Positions 30,574 through 40,860 of a stretch of DNA of 53,892 nt are shown one piece after another. The translations under genes were made by a program, and so were the position numbers. Source of the DNA: Sphingomicrobium sp. (GTDB lineage Bacteria; Pseudomonadota; Alphaproteobacteria; Sphingomonadales; Sphingomonadaceae); the NCBI GenBank assembly GCA_039925325.1, contig JBDSZD010000095.1:1-53892 (forward strand), in the 5' to 3' direction. The notes under the pieces are model-generated. The model saw only the letters and a list, made by a program, of their open reading frames with translations, ran no database searches and was not told the origin of the DNA. The stretch's first letter is position 1, and each line of letters opens with the position of its first letter.

Positions 30574-31653
30574 TTAGTGCCTGTCGAACGCGACTTCATC
30601 GCACTCGACTTCAACCAGTCGTTCGGCAGCGGAGAAATGGTCCGATGGAGCGGTTTGATCGACGTGCGGATCGACTGCATCCGTTGCCGGCTCCGCTGAC
30701 GTCGCATGTTGCATGAATAGCCGCATCACGTGGCCGACGCCATCCTCAAGCACGTTGCGCAGGTCGGCCGCATAATAGGCGCCGCGGTTAAACGCACCTG
30801 TGATCACTTCGTACGATGGGAAATAATGAACATTCTCGAACCGCCGGCGTAGCGCCTCGGCCGAAACGCGCAGCACCGACTTTGAATATGTGGTCGCCGA
30901 AAGAACGTTCGCACCTGGCTCGGCCGTGGCAACTAGAGGAACGGGAGAGACTGTGAAGATAATCTGTGCCTCCGGATTGACCGCGACCAGCGCATCTCGA
31001 AAGGCCGTCAGGTCCGCGATGACGTCCTCGGTCGACTGATTGTAGAACTCGTGTTGATCGGCATCGAACTGACCGCCCTCCACCCCGGGACAGATTGGAA
31101 AAACGGCTCCATCGGACCGTGACCGCCAGCATTCCGTCAGACCCAAAGTGAACACGAACACGTCGAGCTTCTCGAACATATAGCGCACCGCCGCCAGATG
31201 CTGGGCACGGTCAAGGCGCATCTCCGCCTCGGAAATAAAGCCCCCGGGCTGGGTTGTCGGCCGGAAAGGGTCCAGTACGACATCCTCGGCTTGGTGCCAG
31301 ACGTCTTCGGCCGGGCAAAAGCGTCCGTAGGCACGTTCGAACATTTGCAGCAACTGACGCGCTGTGTAGACGTTGCCAAAACGCGCCGAGAACAAGCCGT
31401 AATTGTTTGCGGTTCGCGCCTTGGCAGACAGAATTGGATGGCCCTGCTCGGCGACGAAATAGTTGAAGCCGGATTTGCGCAAATAGCGGGAGATATGCTG
31501 CGCGAAGCAACTGCCAGCCGTTGCGACCTTGGTCTGAGGCTCGATCCGAAGCTCGAAGATGCCGACAGGATCGACGTCGTGCGGCGCTGGGCCCGCCACA
31601 GTCCGTCGCCAGAAGGCCTTGTCTGGCAACGATTGGTAGGGCTGAGGGCTCAC
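30574..31653 (-). CDS. GSCFA-domain protein
   Basis: ATAGSCFAQHI, FTLGLTECW, TVSPVPLVAT, SKSVLR, YFPSYE. Confidence 0.92.
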   Translation of the reverse strand: MSPQPYQSLPDKAFWRRTVAGPAPHDVDPVGIFELRIEPQTKVATAGSCFAQHISRYLRKSGFNYFVAEQGHPILSAKARTANNYGLFSARFGNVYTARQLLQMFERAYGRFCPAEDVWHQAEDVVLDPFRPTTQPGGFISEAEMRLDRAQHLAAVRYMFEKLDVFVFTLGLTECWRSRSDGAVFPICPGVEGGQFDADQHEFYNQSTEDVIADLTAFRDALVAVNPEAQIIFTVSPVPLVATAEPGANVLSATTYSKSVLRVSAEALRRRFENVHYFPSYEVITGAFNRGAYYAADLRNVLEDGVGHVMRLFMQHATSAEPATDAVDPHVDQTAPSDHFSAAERLVEVECDEVAFDRH

Positions 31654-32477
31654 TAAGCGACCTTTACCGGCCGTGACCGTCCGATCAATGCCAGCTCCAG
31701 TTGCTGAAGCACCAGTTCGCCATAATTGTCATTCGCATGGGTCGCGTCGTTTGCGAAGCATTCCGCCTTCAGGAAGCCATCCGCATCGACTGCCTCTGTG
31801 GGCGGCATCATCAATTCAATGCCGATCTTAGCGCAAAGCTCGCCAATGATCCGGTTCTGCAAACGCCAGAACTTCATTCGCAACGTCGGCGGGGAGATAC
31901 CAAGAGACGCAATATTTTCTTCGGCGAACCGCGTGTCGTGATAGTTCTCGATAAAGCTGTTGTCGCCTTTGGGCGGCGGTGCGGCCAGGTGAATCATCCG
32001 CGCTTGGGTTGAAGCGCGAAGGGCCTCGATCGACTTGGCGTCGCCGCCGCGAATCCCGCTCGAAAAATAGTCGTACAAGGCGCGGTAAGGCAGGACCGCC
32101 TGCCCCTCCATCAACTCAGCCGGGTCATCGCCTGGCAGAAGGAAGTCAAACGGCTGGGGATGCTGGATCGTGCTGAACACGGCATGCTGATTGCCGCCGA
32201 TCACGGAAACCATAACATCATTGGACGACAGCGAAGCTCCGACCTCCAATATGCCATCAAATGGCGTGTCTCCGAGCGTCTTGCCGTTCTTCTCCTTGAA
32301 CAGCCGACGTACCTCGACAGGGACATTAGCGCGCCGATTTACGCGGTGCCGCACGGCTTCCTGAATTGCATGCACATGGCTGTCACCGAACAGGACTATC
32401 CGCGGTTGAACCACCTTCGCTCTCCCTATCGAACCGCTGAGGCCCAGTGTGATCCGTACTTTCCGGCCAAGACTCAT
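31653..32477 (-). CDS. SGNH/GDSL-like hypothetical protein
   Basis: LFGDSH (block I), GGNQH, DATHAN (DxxH). Translationally coupled to kdsA and to the GSCFA gene. Confidence 0.7.
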   Translation of the reverse strand: MSLGRKVRITLGLSGSIGRAKVVQPRIVLFGDSHVHAIQEAVRHRVNRRANVPVEVRRLFKEKNGKTLGDTPFDGILEVGASLSSNDVMVSVIGGNQHAVFSTIQHPQPFDFLLPGDDPAELMEGQAVLPYRALYDYFSSGIRGGDAKSIEALRASTQARMIHLAAPPPKGDNSFIENYHDTRFAEENIASLGISPPTLRMKFWRLQNRIIGELCAKIGIELMMPPTEAVDADGFLKAECFANDATHANDNYGELVLQQLELALIGRSRPVKVA

Positions 32478-33319
32478 TCAATCACCAATGGCGGGAAGGA
32501 CTTAACCAAAGCGTCGATCGCCAATATCTGTTCCAGGTAAGGTTTCAGGCTGTCGAGAGGTAAGGCACAGGGGCCGTCGCACTTGGCCCGGCTCGGATCG
32601 GGATGGGCTTCGAGGAACAGGCCGGCGATTCCAAGCGCCATGCCGGATCGGGCCAACGCCGCTGCCTGCTGGCGTCGTCCATCGGCGCTGTCCGCCCGAC
32701 CGCCGGGTTTCTGGAGCGCGTGTGTCGCGTCAAAAACCACCGGAGCATATTCGCGCATCAAATCCATGCCGAGCATGTCTACAATGAGATTGTTATAGCC
32801 AAAACTGGACCCGCGCTCGCACAGGATCACTCGGTCATTGCCGCACTGCTGAAACTTGGTGATGATGTGGCCCATCTCCTGAGGTGCAAGGAATTGGGGC
32901 TTCTTGATGTTGATCGCCGCACCGGTGCACGCCATTGCGACCACAAGATCCGTCTGCCGCGCAAGGAAAGCCGGAAGCTGCAGGATGTCAACGACCTCCG
33001 CGGCGGCGGCGGCCTGATGCGGCTCATGAATATCCGTCAGGATTGGCACGCCAAAGCGGCGCTTCACCCCTTCAAGCATGCGCAGCCCCTCATCGAGGCC
33101 GGGGCCGCGGAAGGAAGCGATCGACGAGCGGTTGGCTTTGTCGAAAGAAGCTTTGAAGACATAGGGAATGCCAAGTTCACCGGTCACAGCGACGAAGCGC
33201 TCGGCGACCCTGAAGACCATCTCCTCATCTTCGATCACATTCATACCACCGATTAGAACGAAGCGATTACCGTTGGCGAAAACGACGCCATCGCCCACCG
33301 TGACGCTGGATATGGTCAT
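32474..33319 (-). CDS. kdsA: 3-deoxy-8-phosphooctulonate (KDO8P) synthase
   Basis: [52 protein letters not shown]. Confidence 0.97.
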   Translation of the reverse strand: MTISSVTVGDGVVFANGNRFVLIGGMNVIEDEEMVFRVAERFVAVTGELGIPYVFKASFDKANRSSIASFRGPGLDEGLRMLEGVKRRFGVPILTDIHEPHQAAAAAEVVDILQLPAFLARQTDLVVAMACTGAAINIKKPQFLAPQEMGHIITKFQQCGNDRVILCERGSSFGYNNLIVDMLGMDLMREYAPVVFDATHALQKPGGRADSADGRRQQAAALARSGMALGIAGLFLEAHPDPSRAKCDGPCALPLDSLKPYLEQILAIDALVKSFPPLVIE

Positions 33320-35553
33320 TGATCTTCCTTAACTACGACCTTTTCCGCCCCGCGCTCGGCGACGCGTTGCTGGCCTATTTGGATTACGTGCAGAACCTGC
33401 TCGCGGTGCCGAGCGATGCTATAGACGGTTTCAAGCTTGTGCTGAGCGCGGGCGACCATTGCAAGGCGCTCGTTATCGTCGGTGGTTAGGCGCTCAAGAG
33501 CAGAAAACCATTCCTCCTCACCGCTAGCGAGAATACCACAGCCATCGGCGCAGCATTCGTCATAAATCATATCAGCACTCGCCACAGCGGCAATTCCGAC
33601 GGATGTATATTCAATCCACTTGTTGTTGGACTTGGTTAGGTTGAACTCGGTCGGTGTGAGGGGGCAGATGCCAATGTTCCAGCCACGGTTGCTCAGCCGA
33701 TGCAGGAACCGGTCATAGTCGGAAATCGGCGGGACCTTTTGCACCCTTCGGCCGAAGCGGGCCAGTTCCTCGGGGATCGGGATCGATCCGAACAGCTCGA
33801 ACGATAGCTGCGGATAAGCGTCGAGCAAGCGTACGATGGCCGGCAGAACCATTTGCAAGTTGGGTAGATGGTCACTGCTGGCCATGTAGCCTACCACCTT
33901 TGCTGACCCAGTCCGGGGTCCCCGAATGACTCGCCCTGAGACGTTGATCGGGCCGGTCTCGATGACCGTCTCAGGATAATATCCCAGCAGCCGTTGCCGT
34001 AACCTTTCAGTCGACGCATAAACAATGTCGGACCCTTTCAGCAGTCCGTGCATAGCGGCCAGGCGTCGCGGGGCATTGTGGTACGCGAACTTCCGCTCGC
34101 CGAGCGAGCGCGGGACCGCGAGCAGATCGTCGTCTATTTGATAGATGACCGGGACGCGATTGCGTTGAGCCCAAGCGAGCATTGGCTGCCAGTACGGGCC
34201 GCTGTATCGGCTAAAGACTAGTGCGTCCGGGTCGAATCGGTCCAAATTGCGTTCGATCCAAAGTTCAACCTTTTCATCCGAACCGTCGACGGCCCGCTGC
34301 TGATCGAGACGCGTCTCGGTCAGCAGTTCCGTGCTCAGCTCCCCCGCTCGTACCAAGGGTGCCAGTGGTTGCTCCAAACAGACTTGCAGAGTGGGAAGGT
34401 GGGCGTTTGCAATAAACAGGAAACGATTGCGCTCAACGGACGCAGCGCCCTTCGAAACCGACAGGCGGGTCGCCGCCTGGAACAACGACGCGAACCGCGC
34501 GAAAACATCGCTCGGTTCGATCGGCATCGCCTGCTTTTCCAGGAACCGGCGCTGAAGCTCGACGAATGGTTGTGGCCGATTTGCCGCTTCCCTAGCGAAC
34601 TCGAACCACTCCTGCGGCGACGACACGCTCGTCAGTCCGGCATAACTATTCGTGTCGATCCCCCCAAACTGATCGCGCCACACGGCCGTTGGAATGTCCG
34701 CAAGTAGCATGTCGATAAGGACCGACGACGGCGCTGATATGCCATAAGCGAAGCGACGCAAGTCGAGCCGATACATCGGAGCATTATCAATCTTGGCGTT
34801 CGGTGGAACAGCGAGCTTGTTCTTGAGCACGTACTGACCGCCCGGATGCGGACGCAGGACCACTTCGCCCCGATCGCGAGCCACAAGCCGGCAAAACTCG
34901 CCAAACGCGCTCACGAATTCGTTCTTTAGATCGCCGGTCGTGTTGAGCCGGACAGAGTGCAGATTCTCGCAAACTATGCCCAGCAATTTGTCCGCACCCT
35001 CGAAATGCTTGGTAAAAGGCTGCAATGCGGCGGTCGGGCCCGTTAGATGGACTTTCGACCGTTGGCTGGGGGCCATCGACGTCAGCAGCTCCAGCGGCTG
35101 CCACGAGCAGAGCAAATCTGCTCCGAAAGACACGGAGCGGCCATGGGCGAGGTCATGCGCGGCGCTATGGCGAAAGCCCACACATTCGAACCCGTGCTGA
35201 AGCGTCACCTTCAGGAAGGTGGCCGGTGCGTACAGGAATATTTCATGCGTGGCAGAGTGGCCAGGAAGACTCGACTCGCTCCCCGCGAAGATGATTCCAC
35301 CGCCCGCGACCTGGAGATGCCGAAACGCTTCCCAGTTACTTTCGAAGACTTCGACCTCTGCCTTCGCGTGGGCAGCCAGTTGTTCAAGTTCGTCCTGCCA
35401 GATCCCGAACATGTCGCGCACCGCAAACTTGGACGATACCAGGATCAGGACCTGGAATCCAAAGTCCCGCGACGCCATGATGATCAGGGGTCGCAGAATG
35501 TTTACGTCCTGCACCAGATTAACCAGGAAGACTGCAGTTCGCTCCTCAAACAT
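33316..35553 (-). CDS. Two-domain glycosyltransferase, paralog of 17591..19807 (module gene C')
   Basis: [67 protein letters not shown] 35553 overlaps the upstream TAA (TAATG). Confidence 0.82.
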   Translation of the reverse strand: MFEERTAVFLVNLVQDVNILRPLIIMASRDFGFQVLILVSSKFAVRDMFGIWQDELEQLAAHAKAEVEVFESNWEAFRHLQVAGGGIIFAGSESSLPGHSATHEIFLYAPATFLKVTLQHGFECVGFRHSAAHDLAHGRSVSFGADLLCSWQPLELLTSMAPSQRSKVHLTGPTAALQPFTKHFEGADKLLGIVCENLHSVRLNTTGDLKNEFVSAFGEFCRLVARDRGEVVLRPHPGGQYVLKNKLAVPPNAKIDNAPMYRLDLRRFAYGISAPSSVLIDMLLADIPTAVWRDQFGGIDTNSYAGLTSVSSPQEWFEFAREAANRPQPFVELQRRFLEKQAMPIEPSDVFARFASLFQAATRLSVSKGAASVERNRFLFIANAHLPTLQVCLEQPLAPLVRAGELSTELLTETRLDQQRAVDGSDEKVELWIERNLDRFDPDALVFSRYSGPYWQPMLAWAQRNRVPVIYQIDDDLLAVPRSLGERKFAYHNAPRRLAAMHGLLKGSDIVYASTERLRQRLLGYYPETVIETGPINVSGRVIRGPRTGSAKVVGYMASSDHLPNLQMVLPAIVRLLDAYPQLSFELFGSIPIPEELARFGRRVQKVPPISDYDRFLHRLSNRGWNIGICPLTPTEFNLTKSNNKWIEYTSVGIAAVASADMIYDECCADGCGILASGEEEWFSALERLTTDDNERLAMVARAQHKLETVYSIARHREQVLHVIQIGQQRVAERGAEKVVVKEDQ

Positions 35554-37040
35554 TACAGCGAAGGGATTTCGAAAGGCAAAGGCGAAGTTTCGGACAAAAT
35601 CGCTGAACCGGGGCCAAAACTTGCCTCGAGCCGGCGCACGACCGTTTGCATGACGGAAGGATACAGCGACAACAAAAGGGGAAGCGAGGGCACGGGGGGA
35701 GCTTTCTGGGCTTGGAAATCGCTGGCATTGTCGCCAACCTTCCAAAAATTCCGCTCTCCTATCTTGCCGAATTGAGTGGCCTGGCTCTTGACCCCCGGGA
35801 GCAGCAGAGCCAGCGCTTTGTCCGACACTAGCATAGCAACCTCACCGCCAAACCGGGTCTCGAAAATCACGTCGAAACTAAGGGCATCGTGGCAGAAAGG
35901 CGTTTTGACCGAAAGACCGCCTACGGCCTGAACCATCTTGTGTGTTGCGCCATTCGTGGCGAAACCATGGACAAGATATAGACTGGATGCTGCTGCCCCC
36001 ATCTCCGCCGAATAATCTGGCAGCTCGCGAAGGAACTCCGCGAACTTGGCAGCTTCGGACGCCGATGAGCCCACGGCTGCCACAGCAGCCTCGAACTCGG
36101 AAATCGTGTCGGTCCCGAGGCGCATTCGTCCCTGTCGCAGATCGTCGATGAAGCTGCCGATCTCACGATAGATGAAAGCGTCGAGGGCAGCGTAAAGTGG
36201 GTAGCCGACGGAGATGACCTGGCACCCCGCCGCGAGAGCCGTCATTGCGCGATTGAGAGACTTCGCCGCGCTGAAACCCTGTGCATTCACGGGGAGAAAG
36301 CAAGCGAAGCACTCACTCAAGAGCTCCGATTCGCCAGCCTCGGTCCATTCCGCGACGCGCGCGCTTACCGGCAAAGTTGACACCATGGAAAGCCCGCGGG
36401 CATCGAGCGATCGGACGTTGGTTAAAAGCGTCAGCTCAACGGCAATGCCCGATCGTTGCAGCCGCGAGATTGAATCCGAAAAAGCGGCGACATCGCTCAG
36501 CCCGACCGGGAAATACGGATTATCGCCAACTCCGAACCAAGCCAGCCGAACAAGATTGGCAGCTTGCGCGGCGGCCAGCTTTTCACTCATTACGGCAAAC
36601 AATCGCTCGTTATCCAAATCCGGCGCCGGATCGTTCAGAACATGAACCGCTAGGCCTGGGCGATAGGATTCAATAACCTTCGCCATCGCAAGCGTTGAGC
36701 ACATCGCGAAATCGCAGATGGTAAGCATCTGCCCCAGCCACATCCTATATCGGCTCAACCGACTGTCCGCACGCTGGCTGAAATAATCATCGAACAGGTC
36801 GACGCCGACACGGGCTCCCCGGTCTGACAGGATCTTGGCCGCCAACAGTGCGCGTGTATCGTAACACTTGCTGATGATCAGCACCTCACATTTGGCAGTG
36901 CGGGGGTCGAACTGTGAAATATCCTCGAGTGAAAGGCTAATGCCCGCATCACTGAGCGCCCCGGAAAGTCGCGCATAGCGAATCCGAGCACCGGCATTGC
37001 CCTTGTAAGCCTCCGAAGGGATCAGGACAGTGAACCTCAT
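35553..37040 (-). CDS. Hypothetical GT-B-like protein, paralog of 16066..17604 (module gene B')
   Basis: MRFTVLIPSEAY..AGARIRY, DLFDDYFSQ, WFG.GDNPYFPVG, FLPVN..FS.AKSLNR. ATG 37040 in an ATGA overlap with the upstream stop. Confidence 0.8.
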   Translation of the reverse strand: MRFTVLIPSEAYKGNAGARIRYARLSGALSDAGISLSLEDISQFDPRTAKCEVLIISKCYDTRALLAAKILSDRGARVGVDLFDDYFSQRADSRLSRYRMWLGQMLTICDFAMCSTLAMAKVIESYRPGLAVHVLNDPAPDLDNERLFAVMSEKLAAAQAANLVRLAWFGVGDNPYFPVGLSDVAAFSDSISRLQRSGIAVELTLLTNVRSLDARGLSMVSTLPVSARVAEWTEAGESELLSECFACFLPVNAQGFSAAKSLNRAMTALAAGCQVISVGYPLYAALDAFIYREIGSFIDDLRQGRMRLGTDTISEFEAAVAAVGSSASEAAKFAEFLRELPDYSAEMGAAASSLYLVHGFATNGATHKMVQAVGGLSVKTPFCHDALSFDVIFETRFGGEVAMLVSDKALALLLPGVKSQATQFGKIGERNFWKVGDNASDFQAQKAPPVPSLPLLLSLYPSVMQTVVRRLEASFGPGSAILSETSPLPFEIPSL

Positions 37041-39619
37041 CCGACCAAAGACTCGGTGCGGAGTGCGCGATGGGGTGCGTTCGCGGGGGGCGACAGAGGC
37101 GGCGAACCGCCTTGCGGAGGGGACGAATAGCTCGCCGTAATTAGCGCCGAGCATATGTGCAGCCCCCCGGCATCCGCGTCGCGGTCGGACGACAAGCAGA
37201 CCGCAAGTGACTTTGCTCGGGTCATCCACAAGTCGCGTGGCGGCTTCACCCCCGACCACGTCGCGCGCCATAACAGCATCGCGTCTTTGGACTGCTCGGC
37301 GACGGTCCGCTCGCTGCCCGAAAGCGTTGGGATGGTTCCCGCGTCCGCAGTTGCAACCAACCAGCCCTTGCCACGCTTTTCGACTGTAACCATCACCACC
37401 GATGCAGTCGCATTCCTCGGTTCGTCGAGCATGGTGGACAAGTGCGCTGCGGTACGCCGGTCATGCAGGATGACATTAGGGCCGACATAAGCCGCGAGCG
37501 GGGTGTCGATCGCCGGGAGCGCTTCCTCAACATTCGGAACGGATCGGACCCGACCAACGAACAACTGCTCGGCCAACCGTCCGGCACCGGCCGGTTCGGA
37601 TCCCACGAAGACTATGCTCGACGGACCCGCGTCCGTCTGCGCGGCGATTGTCTCGAGCGATTGAAGCAGGTCGTCCTCGCGCCAGTCGTTCGGCCAGAGC
37701 AGCCAGCTGATCCCGGCGGAACTCTTCGAAACCGACAGTTTGGGCGCGGCAACCGGCACGAGGAGTTCGGCCTCGTGCAACGGCCGACTTGGCGCCATGC
37801 GGATGGCCGCGACCGGCATGTCAAGGGTCGAGCTCGCCGACTCGAGGCGTGGGAACGCACGCGGACGACCAACGCCGCTCGAGGGCCATTCACTTCGGGG
37901 AAGAAAAAGCAAAGTTGCCGGCTGCGAATGCTCCATGGACGCCGCAGCGAAGGGCATGGCATGGCTTTGGCGAACGTTTTCAAGCGGACCGCATCCAGCG
38001 ACCAGCGCGGAAATCGACGGGACCATATCCGACCCGAGAATGAGGCGCCCAGCTTTGTTGCCGGCCCTTTCTTCGGGTAATATTTGGACGGCCGTGGCCA
38101 GATGCCGTCGTTGATCGCCGGCAACCGCGCCACCGTGCGCCGTCACGGCAACTCCAGTTATTTCTCTAAGCCAGTTTTGGAAATCCGGCTGGAAAAGCGG
38201 CCCGGAACCATCTGCTTCGGTCAAGTCGACCTCGATGGCACTGATCAGCGGACCATGCTCCCCCGCAAGCATCAACTGAAGGCGCCCTGCAAGCTCCTCG
38301 CTGTGAAGGCACGGGTCGGTAACACCGCCCTCCACTCCACTCAATTGCGCAAGCAAGACAAGCTCCGGATAGTGCAGTCCGCCGCGACAAAGAGATGGGA
38401 AGACGAGCGACTGCCAGCCGATGATTGCCCCATCGCAATCGGCGAACAAAAACAGCAGTGGAAAGAACGGGTTGAACAGTTTCGCATCGATTGCGTCCAG
38501 ACGATCGCTGACGAAAGCCTCGCCAATCAGGACAGGCGCGCCGGCGGCGTGTTGCAGTATGCGGACAACGACCGACCCGCCCTGCGCTTGCCAGCGCGTA
38601 CGCAGAATGCTGCTATTCACGTACCAGGCATCGAGCATCGCCGCGGGCCCCGATTGACCCGAGGCGCCCAACCGCATGGTTCTAGACGGCTGCCGGAGGT
38701 CACTTAGGCCAGCAATCGCCGCCTGAACTCCTAGCTTGATCGCCTCATCGCGGAAAAAGCCGACGTCATTTCCAACTTGGAGAACGTCGCGGGTTCCGGC
38801 GTCAATCTTGCCAGAGCGTGCCCAGCGCGAGAAAGGCTCCGGAGCCGAGGGAAAGGCGACGCATGGTGCGGCCGGACCGAAATCCTGCCTCCGGCGCCTT
38901 GCTGGAAATCTTGGCGCCGCATGCTCCGGCGCACCGCGGCCTTCGGAGTGACCATACTCGACATAGTGCAGAAGTGGATTGATGCCGTTGGCAGCCACAT
39001 CCGAATTGGCTTTGAGGTAAGCGCTCGTCGAAAATCCCGGACCGGCGTCCCGTCCTTCGCGCCACCCTGTCTCAAGATAATGAACCGCCGGATCTATGCC
39101 ACTCGCGGCAACGTCGGGATAGGTTTCGAGATACCAGTCACGATCAAACAGAGTCGACTGTTCCAGCAGCGCCAGAGGCTGCTCACGTTGTCGCTTGCGG
39201 GGATGATCGAAAAACCGCTGACCAGCCTTCTTCAATCCTGTCATCAGACCGGCAGACGAACTATAGATGCGCCAAGGGAGTGACCCACGGTAGTAAGCCA
39301 CGGTCGCCTGTGCTTTGGCGAGGTCTTTGCGCGCAGCCTTGAGTCGTCCGCGCTCTTGCTCAAGAATTTGCTGTACCGAACGATATTTGCGCTTCACTGT
39401 CTTGAGTTCTTCGCGAACCCCACTGAGTTCGTAATCAGCCGCCTTTGCTTCAGTCTCAAGGGCGTGAATCAATGCAGATTGGCGGCGTGCGTTGGCGCGC
39501 GCGGCCAAGATATCCTCTTCGAGCGCAGCTATCCGAAGGTTTCCTAACTCGGTCACTGCGTCACCGAGCTCTCTAATGAGCGTCGTTCGCCCCAGAAGAT
39601 TTCCGACCATGCCTTCCAA
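37037..39619 (-). CDS. Coiled-coil/FDxxWYL-repeat protein, N-terminally truncated paralog of 11733..16064 (module gene A')
   Basis: LFDRDWYLETYPDV..., FPSLCRGGLHYPEL, ILHDRRT are all shared with gene A. No in-frame sulfotransferase domain. Start TTG 39619 or ATG 39610. Confidence 0.78.
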   Translation of the reverse strand: MEGMVGNLLGRTTLIRELGDAVTELGNLRIAALEEDILAARANARRQSALIHALETEAKAADYELSGVREELKTVKRKYRSVQQILEQERGRLKAARKDLAKAQATVAYYRGSLPWRIYSSSAGLMTGLKKAGQRFFDHPRKRQREQPLALLEQSTLFDRDWYLETYPDVAASGIDPAVHYLETGWREGRDAGPGFSTSAYLKANSDVAANGINPLLHYVEYGHSEGRGAPEHAAPRFPARRRRQDFGPAAPCVAFPSAPEPFSRWARSGKIDAGTRDVLQVGNDVGFFRDEAIKLGVQAAIAGLSDLRQPSRTMRLGASGQSGPAAMLDAWYVNSSILRTRWQAQGGSVVVRILQHAAGAPVLIGEAFVSDRLDAIDAKLFNPFFPLLFLFADCDGAIIGWQSLVFPSLCRGGLHYPELVLLAQLSGVEGGVTDPCLHSEELAGRLQLMLAGEHGPLISAIEVDLTEADGSGPLFQPDFQNWLREITGVAVTAHGGAVAGDQRRHLATAVQILPEERAGNKAGRLILGSDMVPSISALVAGCGPLENVRQSHAMPFAAASMEHSQPATLLFLPRSEWPSSGVGRPRAFPRLESASSTLDMPVAAIRMAPSRPLHEAELLVPVAAPKLSVSKSSAGISWLLWPNDWREDDLLQSLETIAAQTDAGPSSIVFVGSEPAGAGRLAEQLFVGRVRSVPNVEEALPAIDTPLAAYVGPNVILHDRRTAAHLSTMLDEPRNATASVVMVTVEKRGKGWLVATADAGTIPTLSGSERTVAEQSKDAMLLWRATWSGVKPPRDLWMTRAKSLAVCLSSDRDADAGGLHICSALITASYSSPPQGGSPPLSPPANAPHRALRTESLVG

Positions 39620-39739
39620 TTTTTGCTGGACGTCACAGCGATCTGCTGTCGAGGCGGTCGTTTACTCAACGGTGTCGTCGGACGGATGCACCGATGAACT
39701 TGCGCCTCAGGCCCGAGGCATGACTTGTCGATTCGCTCC

Positions 39740-39953
39740 ATCGTGTGCCAGCTATCGCCAAACCTCTTCAGCGCCACGTCGTAAAACGTTTTGATTGGGT
39801 CCGATTCACGGAACTTGCGCTCCTTCGCCTTACTCGGCGCAGTTAGCGTCTTAGGCACTGCGTACCGACACGACCCTAACGCTCGCGCGGGGACTGAAGT
39901 CCCGGACCCACGTTCAAGAATTACCACTGCGGTATCGACTGCGGCGAATTCAT
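39740..39953 (-). pseudogene. Decayed N-terminal sulfotransferase-domain fragment of gene A'
   Basis: VVILERGSGTSVPARALG..AVPKTL..SKAKERKFRESDPI...FGDSWH aligns with gene A LVLGMHRSGTSALTRVL...LPATL...NARGHWESEPI...AGITW. Out of frame with A'. Confidence 0.65.
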
Positions 39954-40120
39954 CGAATTTATTATCGCCGTTCCTGCCATTCGCGCGCCGCCTCGCTATA
40001 GCGGCTTGGAAGTCTCTGAGACAACATCTTTGTCACACCGTCTCTTGCCAACCTGAGCATCCACGGGCATTCCCGATGCGAGCGCGGTGCCGTCAGGCGC
40101 ATGTTGTTTTGGAGTTCGAA

Positions 40121-40852
40121 TTGACGATTGGTGACGCACAACCGGCGAAGATATTCGTCGGCTACGACAGCCGTGAGGACATTGCGTGGAAGGTCTGCCG
40201 CCATTCGCTGCTCCGGCATGCCGACAACGATATTCGGGTCATTCCCCTGCGGCAGCCCGTCCTTCGAGAACTCGGGCTCTACACCCGCCCCCACGACGCG
40301 ACCTCTTCGACCGAGTTTTCGCTTACCCGCTTCCTTGCGCCATATCTTGCGGCGCAGGGTGGCTGGGCTCTCTTCTGCGACAGCGACTTCCTCTACACTT
40401 CGGACATCAGGGAAGTGTTCAGGGGCCTCGACCCGTCCAAAGCCCTCTATTGCGTCCAGCACGATTATACGCCGGTCCATCAGGTCAAGATGGATGGCAA
40501 GCAACAGACGACCTACCCGCGGAAGAATTGGTCCTCCTTCATGCTGTTCAATTGCGACCATCCCGATGTCCAGGCGCTGACCCCGGCGGTGGTCAGTTCA
40601 GTCAGCCCGGCTTACCTTCATCGTTTCGAATGGATCAGGGACGAGACGGCGATCGGAGCGCTGGATCTCGACTGGAACTTCCTCGAAGGCGAGTATCCGA
40701 AGCCCGAGCAAACGCCCAGGGTGATCCACTACACCAACGGTGGTCCCTGGTTCGACGAATGGCAAGACTGTGATTATGCGGACCTTTGGATCCGTGAGCG
40801 AGACCTCTACCTCCAGTCCCAAGCTGCACCCCAGGTTTCACAGATGGCCTGA
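40121..40852 (+). CDS. Nucleotide-diphospho-sugar transferase, CDI-like (GT-A fold)
   Basis: IFVGYDSRE, STEFSLTRF, FCDSDF (DxD), KMDG..QT.YPRKNWSS, LHRFEW, HYTNGGPWF. TTG 40121 behind GGAG (ORF open to 39791). Confidence 0.85.
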   Translation: MTIGDAQPAKIFVGYDSREDIAWKVCRHSLLRHADNDIRVIPLRQPVLRELGLYTRPHDATSSTEFSLTRFLAPYLAAQGGWALFCDSDFLYTSDIREVFRGLDPSKALYCVQHDYTPVHQVKMDGKQQTTYPRKNWSSFMLFNCDHPDVQALTPAVVSSVSPAYLHRFEWIRDETAIGALDLDWNFLEGEYPKPEQTPRVIHYTNGGPWFDEWQDCDYADLWIRERDLYLQSQAAPQVSQMA

Positions 40853-40860
40853 GGTGCAAG

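Noticed and set aside
39791-40120. 110-aa N-terminal extension of the CDI-like ORF
   Set aside because: No family-like sequence. It overlaps the sulfotransferase remnant on the other strand, and a better RBS/TTG lies at 40121.
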